Source: an uncultured virus (IMG/VR IMGVR_UViG_3300031612_000001)
Lineage: Duplodnaviria > Heunggongvirae > Uroviricota > Caudoviricetes
Virus record (IMG/VR): IMGVR_UViG_3300031612_000001
Length of the DNA: 58,761 nucleotides
Direction: 5' to 3' (one strand)
Of the stretch, positions 46,378 through 58,600 are shown piece after piece (position 1 is the first letter of the stretch; every line of letters begins with the position of its first letter). The notes below the pieces were generated by a model. It was not told the origin of the DNA. It worked only from the letters and a program-made list of their open reading frames with translations, and searched no databases. The translations under genes were made by a program, and so were the position numbers.

Positions 46378-48464
46378 TGCCAAAATACGGATCAGATTCA
46401 ATTAATCCTTCTTACATAGAATCGAAAGCTTCTATGAAAAGAAAGACGAAAGAAGTTTTACGTATAGACCAATTAATTCCTAGTGAAATATTACGTGATT
46501 CTGATAGAGGTCCTGATAAAGCAGATATAAAAACTCTATTAGAAGAATACTATAAGTTCATGAATATGGATGAGTTTATATATGACCAAACTGAAGTATT
46601 CACAGATATTATCAATTCAGATAGAGCTGTGTTTAGGATTAAAGATCCAACACAAGACAATAACGAATTCTTTTCAGACTTTGATGGTGCAAACTCAACA
46701 TTAGTATTAACTAATGATACAACACCACCTTCAACTACTACTATTGCATTAACTAATGCGACCGTACAAATATCAAACGGTAATGAACTACCCGGAACAT
46801 TAAAGAATCTTACAACTGAAGTCGGTAAAACATTCTCTGTACTCTTTCCAGTCGCTGGTGCTGCAGGTTATGTTAATCATAATACAAAAAGCGCAGTATT
46901 AACAACCCCAGTAAAACATTGGGTTGGTCCTGGACCATCATATATTCTAAACGCTATTGAAGAAGCATTAAACATTGACGAAAACACAGATGATTATTTA
47001 GAGTTAATGCAAAAAGAAATAGCTCAAGCGATACCAAGAAATCTTACAGTAGATAAAAGATCTTTATATAAAAACATAGTAGATTTTTATAAGCTAAAAG
47101 GAACTACCGATTCAATTGAAATTTTCTTTAGATTATTATTTAATGAAAACGTAGAAACTGAATTTCCGTTTGATAAAACATTAATACCTTCATCGGGTAA
47201 ATGGGACACAGGTCTAGAAAGATATTTGGACCATAAAGGATTCTTATCAGACAATATTAAATTACAAGATTCCAAGTTCTATCAAAAGTTTTCATACGTA
47301 GTACGAACTGGTAAGAACTTAAGTGATTGGGGACCAGCATTTGAAAAATTAGTGCATCCTGCAGGATTTATATTCTTTGGTGAAATTTTAATTTTAACTC
47401 AATTAACTCGTGCAGTATTAGGCGATAACGTAAGACAAGATTTAGTTGAACTAGATAGAGGATTCAGCGAAGGAACTGCTGGTAAGATACCAGTTCCTGG
47501 TCAGCCTGGATATGTATACACATATAAAGATGTCTACGGTAGATTAAATAGAAAAACATTATCATCAATGCCTGGATTACAACCCGGTGTTATTGGTGCA
47601 GAAGATGTGGCTCTATTAGTAGAAATGTTTGCATCAACCTTCTTACCAAATTTAGAAGCTAAGCGACATGAATCTGGACAACTCTCAGTAAATCTTAATG
47701 CATCTAATGTAATTTCTAGTGTGAGTATTGTTAATCCGGGATTCGGATATCCAGTAAATTTAGCAACTGAATCAATTGTCAATGGACAAAAATTATATAC
47801 AGGACCTGCTATCACAGTATCAGGTGACGCAGTAACAGGACAAACGATTTCAGATGCTAGTATATCATCCTTAATAGATGGTAATGGCCGAATTGATACA
47901 GTAACAATCAGTAGTGGTGGTAATAATTATGCTACTGCTTCGGCATCTCCTGCTGCTAATACAAACCAAACTAAAATAGCAGCTATCGCACAAGCTAATT
48001 TTGCAAATAAGAGTTACTTCTCTGCACCAGGCATTATATTAGATGCTCCTACTGCTAAAGATTCAGATGGCGTACCTTTAGCTTCAAATGTACAAGCAAC
48101 TGCAAGGACTACAATCGGTGCGAATGGTAAAATCAATGCAGTTGAAATACTTAATGTAGGTTTCGGCTATGTCACACAGCCTAAAGTAAGAATAGATTCC
48201 GCAACTTCCTCTGAAGAAAGAGCACAAGATGTTAAAGAAATAGCTATTATTATGTTGAATCATGTGGCCACGGAAGTTAACAGCCCTAATTTTAGGACTC
48301 TAATTAATAATAATTACTTTAACAATAAAAAAGAATCGTATTACTCAAACAAAAAGTTTAGGGATGGATATCCAATAAGCTTTTTTTCTGACAATACTAT
48401 TCAAAACTCGTATTCAAGTGTTATAAATAACTATAACACCAAAACAATTATACATCAGGAATAA
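46377..48464 (+). CDS. gp7: Baseplate wedge gp7-like
   Basis: FY..KGT..SI..FFRLLF, LQDS.FYQ.FSY, VHPAGF. Confidence 0.7.
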   Translation: MPKYGSDSINPSYIESKASMKRKTKEVLRIDQLIPSEILRDSDRGPDKADIKTLLEEYYKFMNMDEFIYDQTEVFTDIINSDRAVFRIKDPTQDNNEFFSDFDGANSTLVLTNDTTPPSTTTIALTNATVQISNGNELPGTLKNLTTEVGKTFSVLFPVAGAAGYVNHNTKSAVLTTPVKHWVGPGPSYILNAIEEALNIDENTDDYLELMQKEIAQAIPRNLTVDKRSLYKNIVDFYKLKGTTDSIEIFFRLLFNENVETEFPFDKTLIPSSGKWDTGLERYLDHKGFLSDNIKLQDSKFYQKFSYVVRTGKNLSDWGPAFEKLVHPAGFIFFGEILILTQLTRAVLGDNVRQDLVELDRGFSEGTAGKIPVPGQPGYVYTYKDVYGRLNRKTLSSMPGLQPGVIGAEDVALLVEMFASTFLPNLEAKRHESGQLSVNLNASNVISSVSIVNPGFGYPVNLATESIVNGQKLYTGPAITVSGDAVTGQTISDASISSLIDGNGRIDTVTISSGGNNYATASASPAANTNQTKIAAIAQANFANKSYFSAPGIILDAPTAKDSDGVPLASNVQATARTTIGANGKINAVEILNVGFGYVTQPKVRIDSATSSEERAQDVKEIAIIMLNHVATEVNSPNFRTLINNNYFNNKKESYYSNKKFRDGYPISFFSDNTIQNSYSSVINNYNTKTIIHQE
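48422..48429 (+). promoter_or_regulatory. T4-type late promoter
   Basis: TATAAATA upstream of gp8. Confidence 0.55.
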
Positions 48465-48468
48465 AATA

Positions 48469-50061
48469 ATGACAGCAATAGTAACAACACCATTCAGAGT
48501 AGTCAATGCTCAAAACTTTAAAGAGGACGTATCATCTACTTCTTCAAGTGTGTATGTAGCCATTGGTAAATCGGACGCATGGTCTAATGCTACAAGTGAT
48601 ACCACTGATACGACACCTTTCACACCTTCAGACAGAATCGATGATTTATCTGAAGCATACCAAAACATGATTGGTATGAAAAAAATAACTGCAGGAGAAG
48701 TAGCTCATATTGTCCCAAGACATACCTGGACAGGTAGTACTTCCTATGTTGGTTGGGATTCAGATGATGCAACTATATACGATAAAAAATTCTATGTCAT
48801 TACATCAGAATTTAAAGTATACAAATGTATAGAAGCAGGAGCTTCGGTTTCATTAGTTGAACCAGTACATATTAATACTGTTCCAACTGCAGAGACGGAT
48901 GGATATAAATGGAAATATATGTTCACTGTCACAGTTGTAGATGCTGAAAAATTCTTAACAACCTCATACATGCCAGTCAATACATTAGGCTTTCCAAGTG
49001 TTGCTACAGTAAGTGGCGCGGTATCAAATTCAACGTCAGTAACGTTAGCAGCTTCAAACACATTCGTTAAAGCTGGTCAATTGGTAACAGGATCTGGTAT
49101 ATCTGCAGCAACTACAGTAGCAAGTATTAGTGGAACGGCATTGGTATTATCAACTGCTAGAACAATACCTGATACAACCGTATTAACCTTTGGTAGATTT
49201 GCTACAACTGATGTTAACTTTGCAAACCAAACAGCTCAAATTAATTCAAGAGATCATGCTAATGCAGCAGGTATTGAAAGATTCGAAATTACTGCAGGTG
49301 GTACAAGTTATACTAGTGCTCCTACTGTTACTATAACAGGTGACGGAACAACTGCAGCAGGAACAGCCGTAATAGCTGGTGGAGCCGTTACAAAAATCAA
49401 TGTAACTAATAAAGGAACTGATTATAGTGTAATTGATGTAACACTAAGTGGGGGTGGCGGAACTGGTGCAACAGCAAGGGGTGTTATTGCACCTCCAAAA
49501 GGGCATGGAACTGATCCTATTTCAGAACTAGGTGCATTCTTTGTAGCTATTAATACTCAATTAACTGGTTCGGAAGGTGGTGATTTAACAGTAGGAAATG
49601 ATTTCAGACAGATTTCATTAATTAAAAATCCAACTACTTTTGGTACAGATACAGTTGCAACAGCTTCAACATTGAGAGCTAGGAAATCATTAAAACTTGC
49701 ATCATCTGCGAGTTTAACTGGATTTGCAGTAGACCAAGTTATACAGAAAAGTGGTGGCGCTGGCTTTAAAGCATACCTAGTTGAAATTGATACTACTAAT
49801 AAAGTATTATATTACTATCAAAATTCAAAAACTGGATACGCTCTTCCAACACAATCAGATACTATAGTAGGAACATTACCAAACGGTGGATCTGCAACAT
49901 TAGATCAAACGAATGGCACCTCATGGTATGGCCAATCGGTAAACGGATATGGTCCGGAAGTTAAAAGTAATAGTGGTCAATTAATATTCTTAGAGAATAG
50001 AGATCCTATCAACAGATCATCATCACAAATTGAAGATATTAAATTAATTGTTGAATTCTAA
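48469..50061 (+). CDS. gp8: Baseplate wedge gp8 with beta-rich insertions
   Basis: FRV.NA.NF, PR..W, FYV...F.VYKC, DGY.WKYMF, GHG.D...ELGA, NDFRQI, Q.EDIKL.VEF. Confidence 0.85.
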   Translation: MTAIVTTPFRVVNAQNFKEDVSSTSSSVYVAIGKSDAWSNATSDTTDTTPFTPSDRIDDLSEAYQNMIGMKKITAGEVAHIVPRHTWTGSTSYVGWDSDDATIYDKKFYVITSEFKVYKCIEAGASVSLVEPVHINTVPTAETDGYKWKYMFTVTVVDAEKFLTTSYMPVNTLGFPSVATVSGAVSNSTSVTLAASNTFVKAGQLVTGSGISAATTVASISGTALVLSTARTIPDTTVLTFGRFATTDVNFANQTAQINSRDHANAAGIERFEITAGGTSYTSAPTVTITGDGTTAAGTAVIAGGAVTKINVTNKGTDYSVIDVTLSGGGGTGATARGVIAPPKGHGTDPISELGAFFVAINTQLTGSEGGDLTVGNDFRQISLIKNPTTFGTDTVATASTLRARKSLKLASSASLTGFAVDQVIQKSGGAGFKAYLVEIDTTNKVLYYYQNSKTGYALPTQSDTIVGTLPNGGSATLDQTNGTSWYGQSVNGYGPEVKSNSGQLIFLENRDPINRSSSQIEDIKLIVEF

Positions 50062-50086
50062 GAAAAGAGTTTAAAGAGAGAAAAAT

Positions 50087-53000
50087 ATGGGAATTACGAG
50101 AGTTAGAAATTATAACATTAGTCCTTACTATGATGACTTTGATGAGAGCAAAAACTATCATCGAATTCAATTTAGGCCTGGCCATGCAGTACAAGCGAGG
50201 GAATTAACTCAGTTACAAACTGCGTTTCAAGCCCAACTAGATAGATTAGGTCAGTATAATTTTAAAGATGGTTCAAGAGTTATAGGTGGTAAAGTTACTC
50301 TCAATACTGAATATGATTTTATTAAATTAACAGATGCTTCATTTACACATTCATCAACTACATATAACACTACATATCAAGGGGCTAATTTAGTTGCTTT
50401 AGTTGGTACAACCATTACCGGAACAGGTCAAAGTGGTAACCAAGTAAGTGCTTTTGTATTACAAGCTATTGCAGCAACTGGATCAGATCCAGCCACATTA
50501 TATATTAGATATATAAATTCTGGTGGAGCTAATAAGACAGTAGAGAAATTTATAGCTGGCGAAGTATTTTCTAACAGTGCAGGCTCTGCGCTCTTTGGAA
50601 AAGTAGGAGCAACAGGAATTACTCCTGTAGGTCAGGGTGCTGTAGTTAACATAGAAGAAGGTTCATATTTCATAGCAGGAACGTTTGTATACGTAGCAGG
50701 TCAATCTTTAATTCTTGACAAGTATACTAATACACCAAGTTATATTATTGGTCTTAACGTTACAGAAACTTTTGATACTGATAATTCAACAGATCCTTCA
50801 CTAACAGATAACGCTTTAGGAGCTCCAAACTATGCTGCTCCAGGTGCTCACAGATATAAAATATCAACTGCATTAATTAAAGAATCTTTAACATCACCGA
50901 ATACAACTTTCGGTAATTATATTCTGTTAATGAAAATTAATGCTGGAGTTATTCAAGTTGAAACCGCAACTAAAACTGGCGGAACAGAACTTACTTCAAG
51001 ATTAGCAAGAAGAACACATGAAGAATCTGGAAACTATTCAGTAAGACCATTCACACTTGATATAAGAGAACATTTAGACAACACATCAGGTAATGGTGGT
51101 TACTTAACATCAGGTAATGGCGGAAGTGCTACTAAATTAGCAGTAGGAGTTGAACCTTCAACTGCATATGTAAATGGATTTAGAATAGAAAACCTAGCGA
51201 CTAAATATGTTGCAGTAGATAAGCCAAGAAACTTTGTGAATGAAAATGAACAATCATTACAAATGTCAGTTGGTAACTATGTTAAAGTTACTTTATCAAC
51301 AGTAAGAGGCATGCCAGACATTGGTGGTACTAAAGGTGCTTATAAAACAATAAGCTTACACAGTGCTATAACAGGTGGCGGAAGCGTTATTGGAACAGCA
51401 AGAGTCAGAGGATTCGAGCAATTCAGTGCAACGATATGGCATTTATTTCTATTCGATATAACAATGTCGGGTTCTAATACTTTCAACTCTGTAAGAAGTC
51501 TCAGTCAAGCAAATTCAAGTGGGCAAAACTTTGCAGCTGATTTAAAAGGAACTGTTGGTGCAAGATACGATACTGGTAATAATGGATTGCTATTTAGATT
51601 ACCATACACTGCAGTAAAATCTCTACTAGATTCAACTCCACAAGATGCTCCAAGGTATGTTACAAGACAAAGAGTTGAAGCTTCGGTTTCTGGAACAGGC
51701 GCTAGTGCGGCTGCATCATTCAGTAGCTTTGGTGGAACATTACAATCTAAATCTGATATCATGATAGCTGTTGCAGGAAATCCTCCAGTCCCAGTACCAG
51801 TTAGTTGTGTAACTTCCAACGTTGGTGCCGGAACATTAGTAATTACTAATACTGGTAGTGCAATCGCTGGAATGGCAAGTGGAACACCACATGTACAAGT
51901 TATATTCTCAGTACAAAAAGCAACTAGTGGATTAAAATCAAAAACAAAACAAACAGTTAGTGCTCAATCATTTACTTATGCTGCAGCTACTGGGTTTATT
52001 CCATTAGATAAATCTGATATTAAAAAGGTTACAGCAATTACGATTGGTGGAGTTGATAAGCTATCATCATTTACATTAGATAACGGTCAAAGAGATAACT
52101 ATTACGACGAAGGTAGGTTATATCCAGTAGATACATTAGCAAATGGAGTGGCTGTTGTTGTTACTTTCGAACATTATCAACATGGTAATGGAGATTACTT
52201 CTCAGTTAATTCATATGCAGCATCTGAATATGAAACAATACCTTCATTTAGTGGTATTAAAGGTAACTTAGAATTAAGAGATTGTCTAGACTTTAGACCT
52301 ACTAAATCTTCAGCAGGTTCATTCACAGCTGATACAGCATTTACTGCTGGCACAGGATTTTCAAATGCAGATACGCCAAAACCTGGTTCTATATTACTAG
52401 CAGATGTATCTCATTATCTTCCAAGGATTGATAAACTTTATCTTACAAGAGAAGGTGAATTTAAAGTTGTTGTAGGTGTTGCAGATAGAAATCCTAAAGC
52501 ACCAGAAGATCCTAATGATGCAATGGTAATATATAATCTTAAATTTAAGCCTTATGTATTCTCACCATCTGATCTAATTCCAGAAAAAATAGATAACAAA
52601 CGTTATACTATGAGAGATATTGGATCTCTTGATAAAAGAATTAAGAATCTTGAATACTATACATCGTTATCTTTATTAGAAAAAGAAGCTTCAGGTACTC
52701 AAATATTCGATTCTAGTGCTGTCGATAGATTAAAAAATGGATTTGTGGTTGATGGTTTCTATGGACATAACGTAGGTAGCGTAAGGCATCCAGATTATTC
52801 AATAGCAATTGATAAGAACAATGGCATATTAAGACCTAAGTTCTTTGAAGACAATACTAATTTAATTGTTCATGCTGCAGCTCCTGGATCAGCAGTTAAA
52901 AATGGGTCATTAGTAACATTACCATTCGGTCACGCGGTATACGCTAAACAGCCTTATGCAACTACTTCAGAGTTTGTTAACCCTTACAATGTATTTAGTT

Positions 53001-55402
53001 GGGGTGGACAAGTTAAACTATCTCCTGAATCAGACGAGTGGAAAGATACACACGTAAGACCTGATGTTATCATCGATGACGAAGGTGTATACGATCAACT
53101 AGTATTCATGGCAGAACAAGATGGTATACTAGGCACAGTATGGAACGAATGGGAAACCAACTGGACTGGTACTGAAGTTACTAACTCGACAACCGGAAAC
53201 AGAATGGATGAAGGCGAGTTCTGGTGGAGAGGTGGAAGAAATGGTGGTGAAACAACTACTACTGCAACTACTACAACAGACAATCAGTCAAGAGCTGGAT
53301 TAAGAACAACTGTAGTACCAGATACTCAATTAAAAGAAATGGGCGCAAGAGTAGTAGAGACAAACTTTATACCATTCATACGTTCTAGAAAAATATTCTT
53401 TAAAGGTGAATTATTGAAACCTAATACAAAGGTATTTGCTTTCTTTAATGGATCTGATGTTACAAATTTCTGTGCTGAAGAAACATTCACCGAATGGTCA
53501 ACTACTACAAGTGTTGCTACCTTTGACGGAGTTTCTGCTCATCCATCTAATACAGCTTTAATTACAGATGCATCGGGTAAAGTAGAAGGTTCATTCATTA
53601 TTCCTAGTAATTCTTCTCTTAAATTTAAAACAGGAACACGAGAGTTTAGATTAACTGATTCAACTACTAATGATAAAACTAATGAATCAACCTTTGCTGA
53701 AACATTATACCATGCTCAAGGTTTACTTGAAGTAAAAGAAAATGTTATTATCTCAACTAAGGTTCCAAGGTTTGTAACTACTGAGATAGGTGATGAGAGA
53801 GTTGTATCAGAAACTACAATTACTAGATTTACAAGTCCAATAACATGGATTGATCCAGTTGCTCAAACGTTTATTATCGATCAGGCTGGTGGATTATTTG
53901 TAACTAAACTTGACTTATTTGTTCAAGCTAAAGATTCTAATATTCCATTAAACGTCTCAATACGTTCAGTTGAAAATGGTATACCAACACAACAAGTAGT
54001 TCCTGGATCTGATGTTAATATATATCCAAGTAGTGTTAACGTATCGGCTGATGGTTCAAGTGCAACAACTGCAACTTTCGATCACCCAATATATCTAGGC
54101 CAAGACCAAGAATACGCGATTGTATTAATATCACAATCTGATGATTATAAAGTGTTTATCGCAGAGACTGGTGGATTTGATTTACAGAATACATCTAATA
54201 GAGTAACTAAACAACCTTATAACGGTGTGTTCTTTACATCTGCAAATGCTTCAACATGGACACCAGAACAAACTAAAGATCTTAAGTTTACTTTATATAG
54301 AGCTAACTTTACTTCTACTAGTGCTACTTTAAAATTAACTAATGATGCAATACCACCTAGAAAATTACAAAACAATCCGTTTAGATATGTTTCGAATAGT
54401 ACTAATACTATTATTAGAGTAACACATCCTAACCATGGAATGTATGGTGCAAATAATAAAGTCATCATTGGTAATCAAACCGGTACTGTGAATGGAATTA
54501 CAGCAGCCCAAATGAATAAGACTCATGCTATTAGTAATGTTGAAACAGATTCATACGCAATAACAATTGCTAGTGTAGCTGCAACTGCAGTTGGAATAGA
54601 TGGTGGTGGTAGTGGTATTACTGCTACAGAAAATAATCAGTTCAATACACTGATTCCACAAGTTCAAACATTAGAAGTTCCAGGAACTGCCATTACATAT
54701 AATATGGAAGGCCAAACTGGTAAATCAATTGATGGATCTGAGAGTGCTTATAGTAAATTAGCAATAGGCCAGATCTTAGCAAACTCTAATAACGACTTTA
54801 CTGCACCGCTCACAATTGCTTCAACGATTAATGAAAGTACATACACCTCTGATTCAAGTGCCGGTAATAAATCATTAGTAATTACTGCAACCTTAACTGG
54901 TAGTGCTTATATATCACCAGTTATTGATATGAATAGATGTTCAGTCATTACAGTTGCAAATAGATTGAATGATGCTACGACGAATTCCTCTGCTTATAAT
55001 ACCACAGCTTATGGACAAAACTACGTAGCTGATACAGTTGCAAATGGCACATCAAATCTAAATAGATATATTACTAAGAGAGTGGATTTAAACAATGAAG
55101 CTGATGTACTAGATGTATATATCAATGCTAACAAGCCTTCTGGATCTTCTATAGATTTATACTTTAAAGCAATGGAAGCTGGTTCTGATAAAGACTTTGA
55201 TACGCTAGCTTGGACAATCGCATCACCGGATGAGGCTATTATAACCAATGATGCTGGAAGATATAATGAAGTTCACTATGCTATCGATGCTCTTGGAGCA
55301 GGTGTTAAGTTTGGTTCATTCGCATTTAAGATAGTACTAAGATCTACAAATACATCTAATGTTCCTACGGTAAAAGACTTTAGGGCAGTGGCAGCGACAT
55401 AA
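50087..55402 (+). CDS. Large virion structural protein (VrlC-like)
   Basis: PYYDDF..K.Y....FRPG.AVQARELTQ.Q, LARRT..ESG.Y, YLPRID, YTMRDIG.L..RI..LEYYT.LSLLE, DP.AQTF. Confidence 0.85.
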   Translation: MGITRVRNYNISPYYDDFDESKNYHRIQFRPGHAVQARELTQLQTAFQAQLDRLGQYNFKDGSRVIGGKVTLNTEYDFIKLTDASFTHSSTTYNTTYQGANLVALVGTTITGTGQSGNQVSAFVLQAIAATGSDPATLYIRYINSGGANKTVEKFIAGEVFSNSAGSALFGKVGATGITPVGQGAVVNIEEGSYFIAGTFVYVAGQSLILDKYTNTPSYIIGLNVTETFDTDNSTDPSLTDNALGAPNYAAPGAHRYKISTALIKESLTSPNTTFGNYILLMKINAGVIQVETATKTGGTELTSRLARRTHEESGNYSVRPFTLDIREHLDNTSGNGGYLTSGNGGSATKLAVGVEPSTAYVNGFRIENLATKYVAVDKPRNFVNENEQSLQMSVGNYVKVTLSTVRGMPDIGGTKGAYKTISLHSAITGGGSVIGTARVRGFEQFSATIWHLFLFDITMSGSNTFNSVRSLSQANSSGQNFAADLKGTVGARYDTGNNGLLFRLPYTAVKSLLDSTPQDAPRYVTRQRVEASVSGTGASAAASFSSFGGTLQSKSDIMIAVAGNPPVPVPVSCVTSNVGAGTLVITNTGSAIAGMASGTPHVQVIFSVQKATSGLKSKTKQTVSAQSFTYAAATGFIPLDKSDIKKVTAITIGGVDKLSSFTLDNGQRDNYYDEGRLYPVDTLANGVAVVVTFEHYQHGNGDYFSVNSYAASEYETIPSFSGIKGNLELRDCLDFRPTKSSAGSFTADTAFTAGTGFSNADTPKPGSILLADVSHYLPRIDKLYLTREGEFKVVVGVADRNPKAPEDPNDAMVIYNLKFKPYVFSPSDLIPEKIDNKRYTMRDIGSLDKRIKNLEYYTSLSLLEKEASGTQIFDSSAVDRLKNGFVVDGFYGHNVGSVRHPDYSIAIDKNNGILRPKFFEDNTNLIVHAAAPGSAVKNGSLVTLPFGHAVYAKQPYATTSEFVNPYNVFSWGGQVKLSPESDEWKDTHVRPDVIIDDEGVYDQLVFMAEQDGILGTVWNEWETNWTGTEVTNSTTGNRMDEGEFWWRGGRNGGETTTTATTTTDNQSRAGLRTTVVPDTQLKEMGARVVETNFIPFIRSRKIFFKGELLKPNTKVFAFFNGSDVTNFCAEETFTEWSTTTSVATFDGVSAHPSNTALITDASGKVEGSFIIPSNSSLKFKTGTREFRLTDSTTNDKTNESTFAETLYHAQGLLEVKENVIISTKVPRFVTTEIGDERVVSETTITRFTSPITWIDPVAQTFIIDQAGGLFVTKLDLFVQAKDSNIPLNVSIRSVENGIPTQQVVPGSDVNIYPSSVNVSADGSSATTATFDHPIYLGQDQEYAIVLISQSDDYKVFIAETGGFDLQNTSNRVTKQPYNGVFFTSANASTWTPEQTKDLKFTLYRANFTSTSATLKLTNDAIPPRKLQNNPFRYVSNSTNTIIRVTHPNHGMYGANNKVIIGNQTGTVNGITAAQMNKTHAISNVETDSYAITIASVAATAVGIDGGGSGITATENNQFNTLIPQVQTLEVPGTAITYNMEGQTGKSIDGSESAYSKLAIGQILANSNNDFTAPLTIASTINESTYTSDSSAGNKSLVITATLTGSAYISPVIDMNRCSVITVANRLNDATTNSSAYNTTAYGQNYVADTVANGTSNLNRYITKRVDLNNEADVLDVYINANKPSGSSIDLYFKAMEAGSDKDFDTLAWTIASPDEAIITNDAGRYNEVHYAIDALGAGVKFGSFAFKIVLRSTNTSNVPTVKDFRAVAAT

Positions 55403-55626
55403 TGGCAAAACCACAACAAGTAAAAATAGCTGATAATTCTGACTTTATTAAAGATTTATCTAGTGGAGCAGTTATAAATACTAATAACAATGCATACGAC
55501 GCACGTTTAGAACGAATAGAAAAACGAAAAATAGATGAACAACAATCTCAAGATATTATCGAAATGAAAACTGAGATTGATGATCTAAAAAAATTAATTA
55601 AAAAGTTGGTAAATAATGGCAAATAA
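55402..55626 (+). CDS. Small coiled-coil protein following VrlC-like gene
   Basis: KD..SGAVIN, C-terminal heptads. Confidence 0.65.
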   Translation: MAKPQQVKIADNSDFIKDLSSGAVINTNNNAYDARLERIEKRKIDEQQSQDIIEMKTEIDDLKKLIKKLVNNGK

Positions 55627-58600
55627 CGAATCTAAAACTTTAAAGAGTAATACTTTAGAAAAATGGAGACAAGATACTAACGCATCGTCTCATCACCTAG
55701 GAGATGTCGGTCAACTTGATTCAAGGTTAACAGATAAGATATATACGTATACTGGTGATGCTAGTAAATATCACTATGATGTATATGATGCAGATACTGC
55801 TAGTAAAAATATTAGATTTGAATTATCTCCTGAAGAAAATACTGATGCTATATTAACTATTATAATGACAGGGAATCCAACTATTCCCGCATCATTTGTA
55901 GCTAGTGTAACAGTATTCCAGGGATCGTCTGGATCGGAAACATTTACTGGTAATATTATTTATATCAATAAAAATAAAATTGCCGTACAAAATACAACAG
56001 GCTCTTTTAATCCTGCCGTAGTTTTAAAATATTCTACTGATACTATTCCAGCATCTAAATTAGTTCGAACCGTATCTGAATCATATAAAAAAGGATACGT
56101 TACCGCAACTGTTGCTGGTTCTATTGTAACTCAAACACAAGTTCAAACAGGATTCCATGTACCTAATATTGGATTAAGAGTTGTATTAACTGGAACACCT
56201 AGTATTCCAGCATCATTTAGTGAAGGTGCAACTGTTACTCAGACTGGTGGATTCTCAGGTACTTTATATAAAGCTACTACTACTGAATTACTATTTAAAA
56301 CATTTACTGGTACATTTAATGTTGGTCAAAACGCTGCTATCAGCGGTGATAATATTCTTGCATCAAAAATTACATCTATTGCAACACCGGATGCAACAAT
56401 TGGAAACGCAATTGAATTCCATACTATTCCAGCATCTAGTGCAGCAGTAGCGATTACATCAACTAATGCGGTTGATGCTATTATAGAAATTCAAGATGAC
56501 ATTGGAGAAATTACAAGCTTAGGAACAACTGATAAGTCAGACATTGTTTCATCTATTAACGAAATAGAAACAGCGGTAAGAGGTTCTACTGGTAATTATA
56601 CATTAGACACAGCTGCTAATGATGTAGTCGCAGCAATAAACGAGATTGAAAATGTCTTCGATGCATCAACACATGAAATTAGTGCAGGTTCAAATGCCTT
56701 TAATATAACTTCAGGCGAACTTACAATTGATTCTTCTGCAGACATTATTTTAGATGCCGATGGTGGTGATCTAAGGTTAAAAGATGCTGGTGTTCAATAC
56801 GCTTCATTAACAAACAGTTCAGGTAATATAGTTCTTCAATCTGGCAGTACTACAATGTTAACAGGTAGTGGAGCGAATGCTACTTTTGCCGGTAATGTAG
56901 ACGCTACTGGAATTGTTTCAGGCAGTTCATATAAAGTAGGCTCTACAGTTATTGTTGATACTAGTAGAAACTTAACAAATATTGGAACTATAACTAGTGG
57001 TGCTATAACCTCTAGTGGTAATTTAGATCTTAATGCAAGTGCTGATATATCAGCTAACCTAGTGGTTGGTGGTACTACACAAGTTACTGGAACGTTTAAC
57101 GTAGATAGTACTACGACATTAAATGGAACAACCATTGACGGTGCTTTAGATCTTAATGGCGCAGCTGATATATCAACTAATCTAGTTGTTCATGGGAATA
57201 CTACCTTTGGCGATAACGCTGCAGCTGATGCACACGTCTATAATGGTACCTTAACAATTGGTACATTAGATACATCAAGCCAAAATGTTAGAGGCTCAAT
57301 TAATGAGTTACATACACAAATTGGATCTGCTTTAATAGGTGGTTCTGGTACTGCAGCAGCAGGCCTAACCAATTTAACTTCACAAATCAATGCACTCGAT
57401 GCAGAGATTGGAGTCGTAGCATCATACGAAGGTGGAGCTTACGGATCAACAACAATTTCCGGTGTTCTACAAAGCTTACAGGCTGGACTGATTGCTAATG
57501 ATGGAGAAATCGCTAGTAACGACACAGACATAGCAGCAAGATTAATTAAATCAAGTGGAAGTTCACAGGCACTAGCAACTAACTTATCCTTTGGTGGTAA
57601 TAAAACTTATACAGTAACCTCTGGTTCAACATTAGCAATAGCATCTGGAGCAACATTAACAATTGCTGGTAGTGCATCTGGTGTAAGTACATTTGGAACA
57701 TCTTTCCTTGAAGTTGATGGTAACCAAACCTCAACTCCAATGGGTTTTGCAGTTAATAGATCTCATATTGGATCAGCTCCAACTCCTTATCCAGCAATTC
57801 AATGGAGAGAAGGTGTCGTTGCTTCCAAGCCACATAGATCATGGCAAATTGTTGGATTAAATGACGCAGGTAATAGCTCACAAGAACAAGACATAGTAAC
57901 ATTCTTTAATGCTAAAGATTTATTCGCAAATAATACTGAAACCGGTTTAGCCGTTACTTGGCAAGCTGATACTCAAAACTTTGACGTAGTTTTAGGCAAC
58001 TCAGTCTTTACATTAACAGGAGCTGTTACAGGATCTGTAACTCAGACCGCAAAGGGTAATGTAACAATTGCAACAACAGCAACATCAGATCCAACTTTAA
58101 CATTAACTGGTGATGCATCTGGAAGTGCAACCTTTACAAACTTAGGCAATGCATCTTTAAATGTTGTTATAGCTAATGATTCTCATAATCATGACCACAG
58201 TGATGCTAACTTTACAGTAGGTGGAAACTTACAAGTAAATGGTAATACGGTTCTCGGTAATCAAACTACTGATACAACTACTATTGCTGGTGGATTAACA
58301 GTTGCTGGTAACTTAACGGTTAACGGAACAAACACAATTTTAAATACAACCACATTAGAAGTAGAAGATACTCTAGTGTTAGTTGGAAGCAATGCAGGTA
58401 ATTCGGCCGAGCCATCAACTGGCGGTTTCGGTCTAGAAACAAGATTATTCAGTGGACTTGCTAATGCTGTAATTAATGGTAGAACATGGAGTTCAACTGG
58501 TAAGCATCCAAATGCTGCTAGTGACGTTAGTGGTTCTCATTCATTGGTATATAACTTTACATCAGATAGATGGGAAGCTGATGGTTCATTAGTTCTTTCC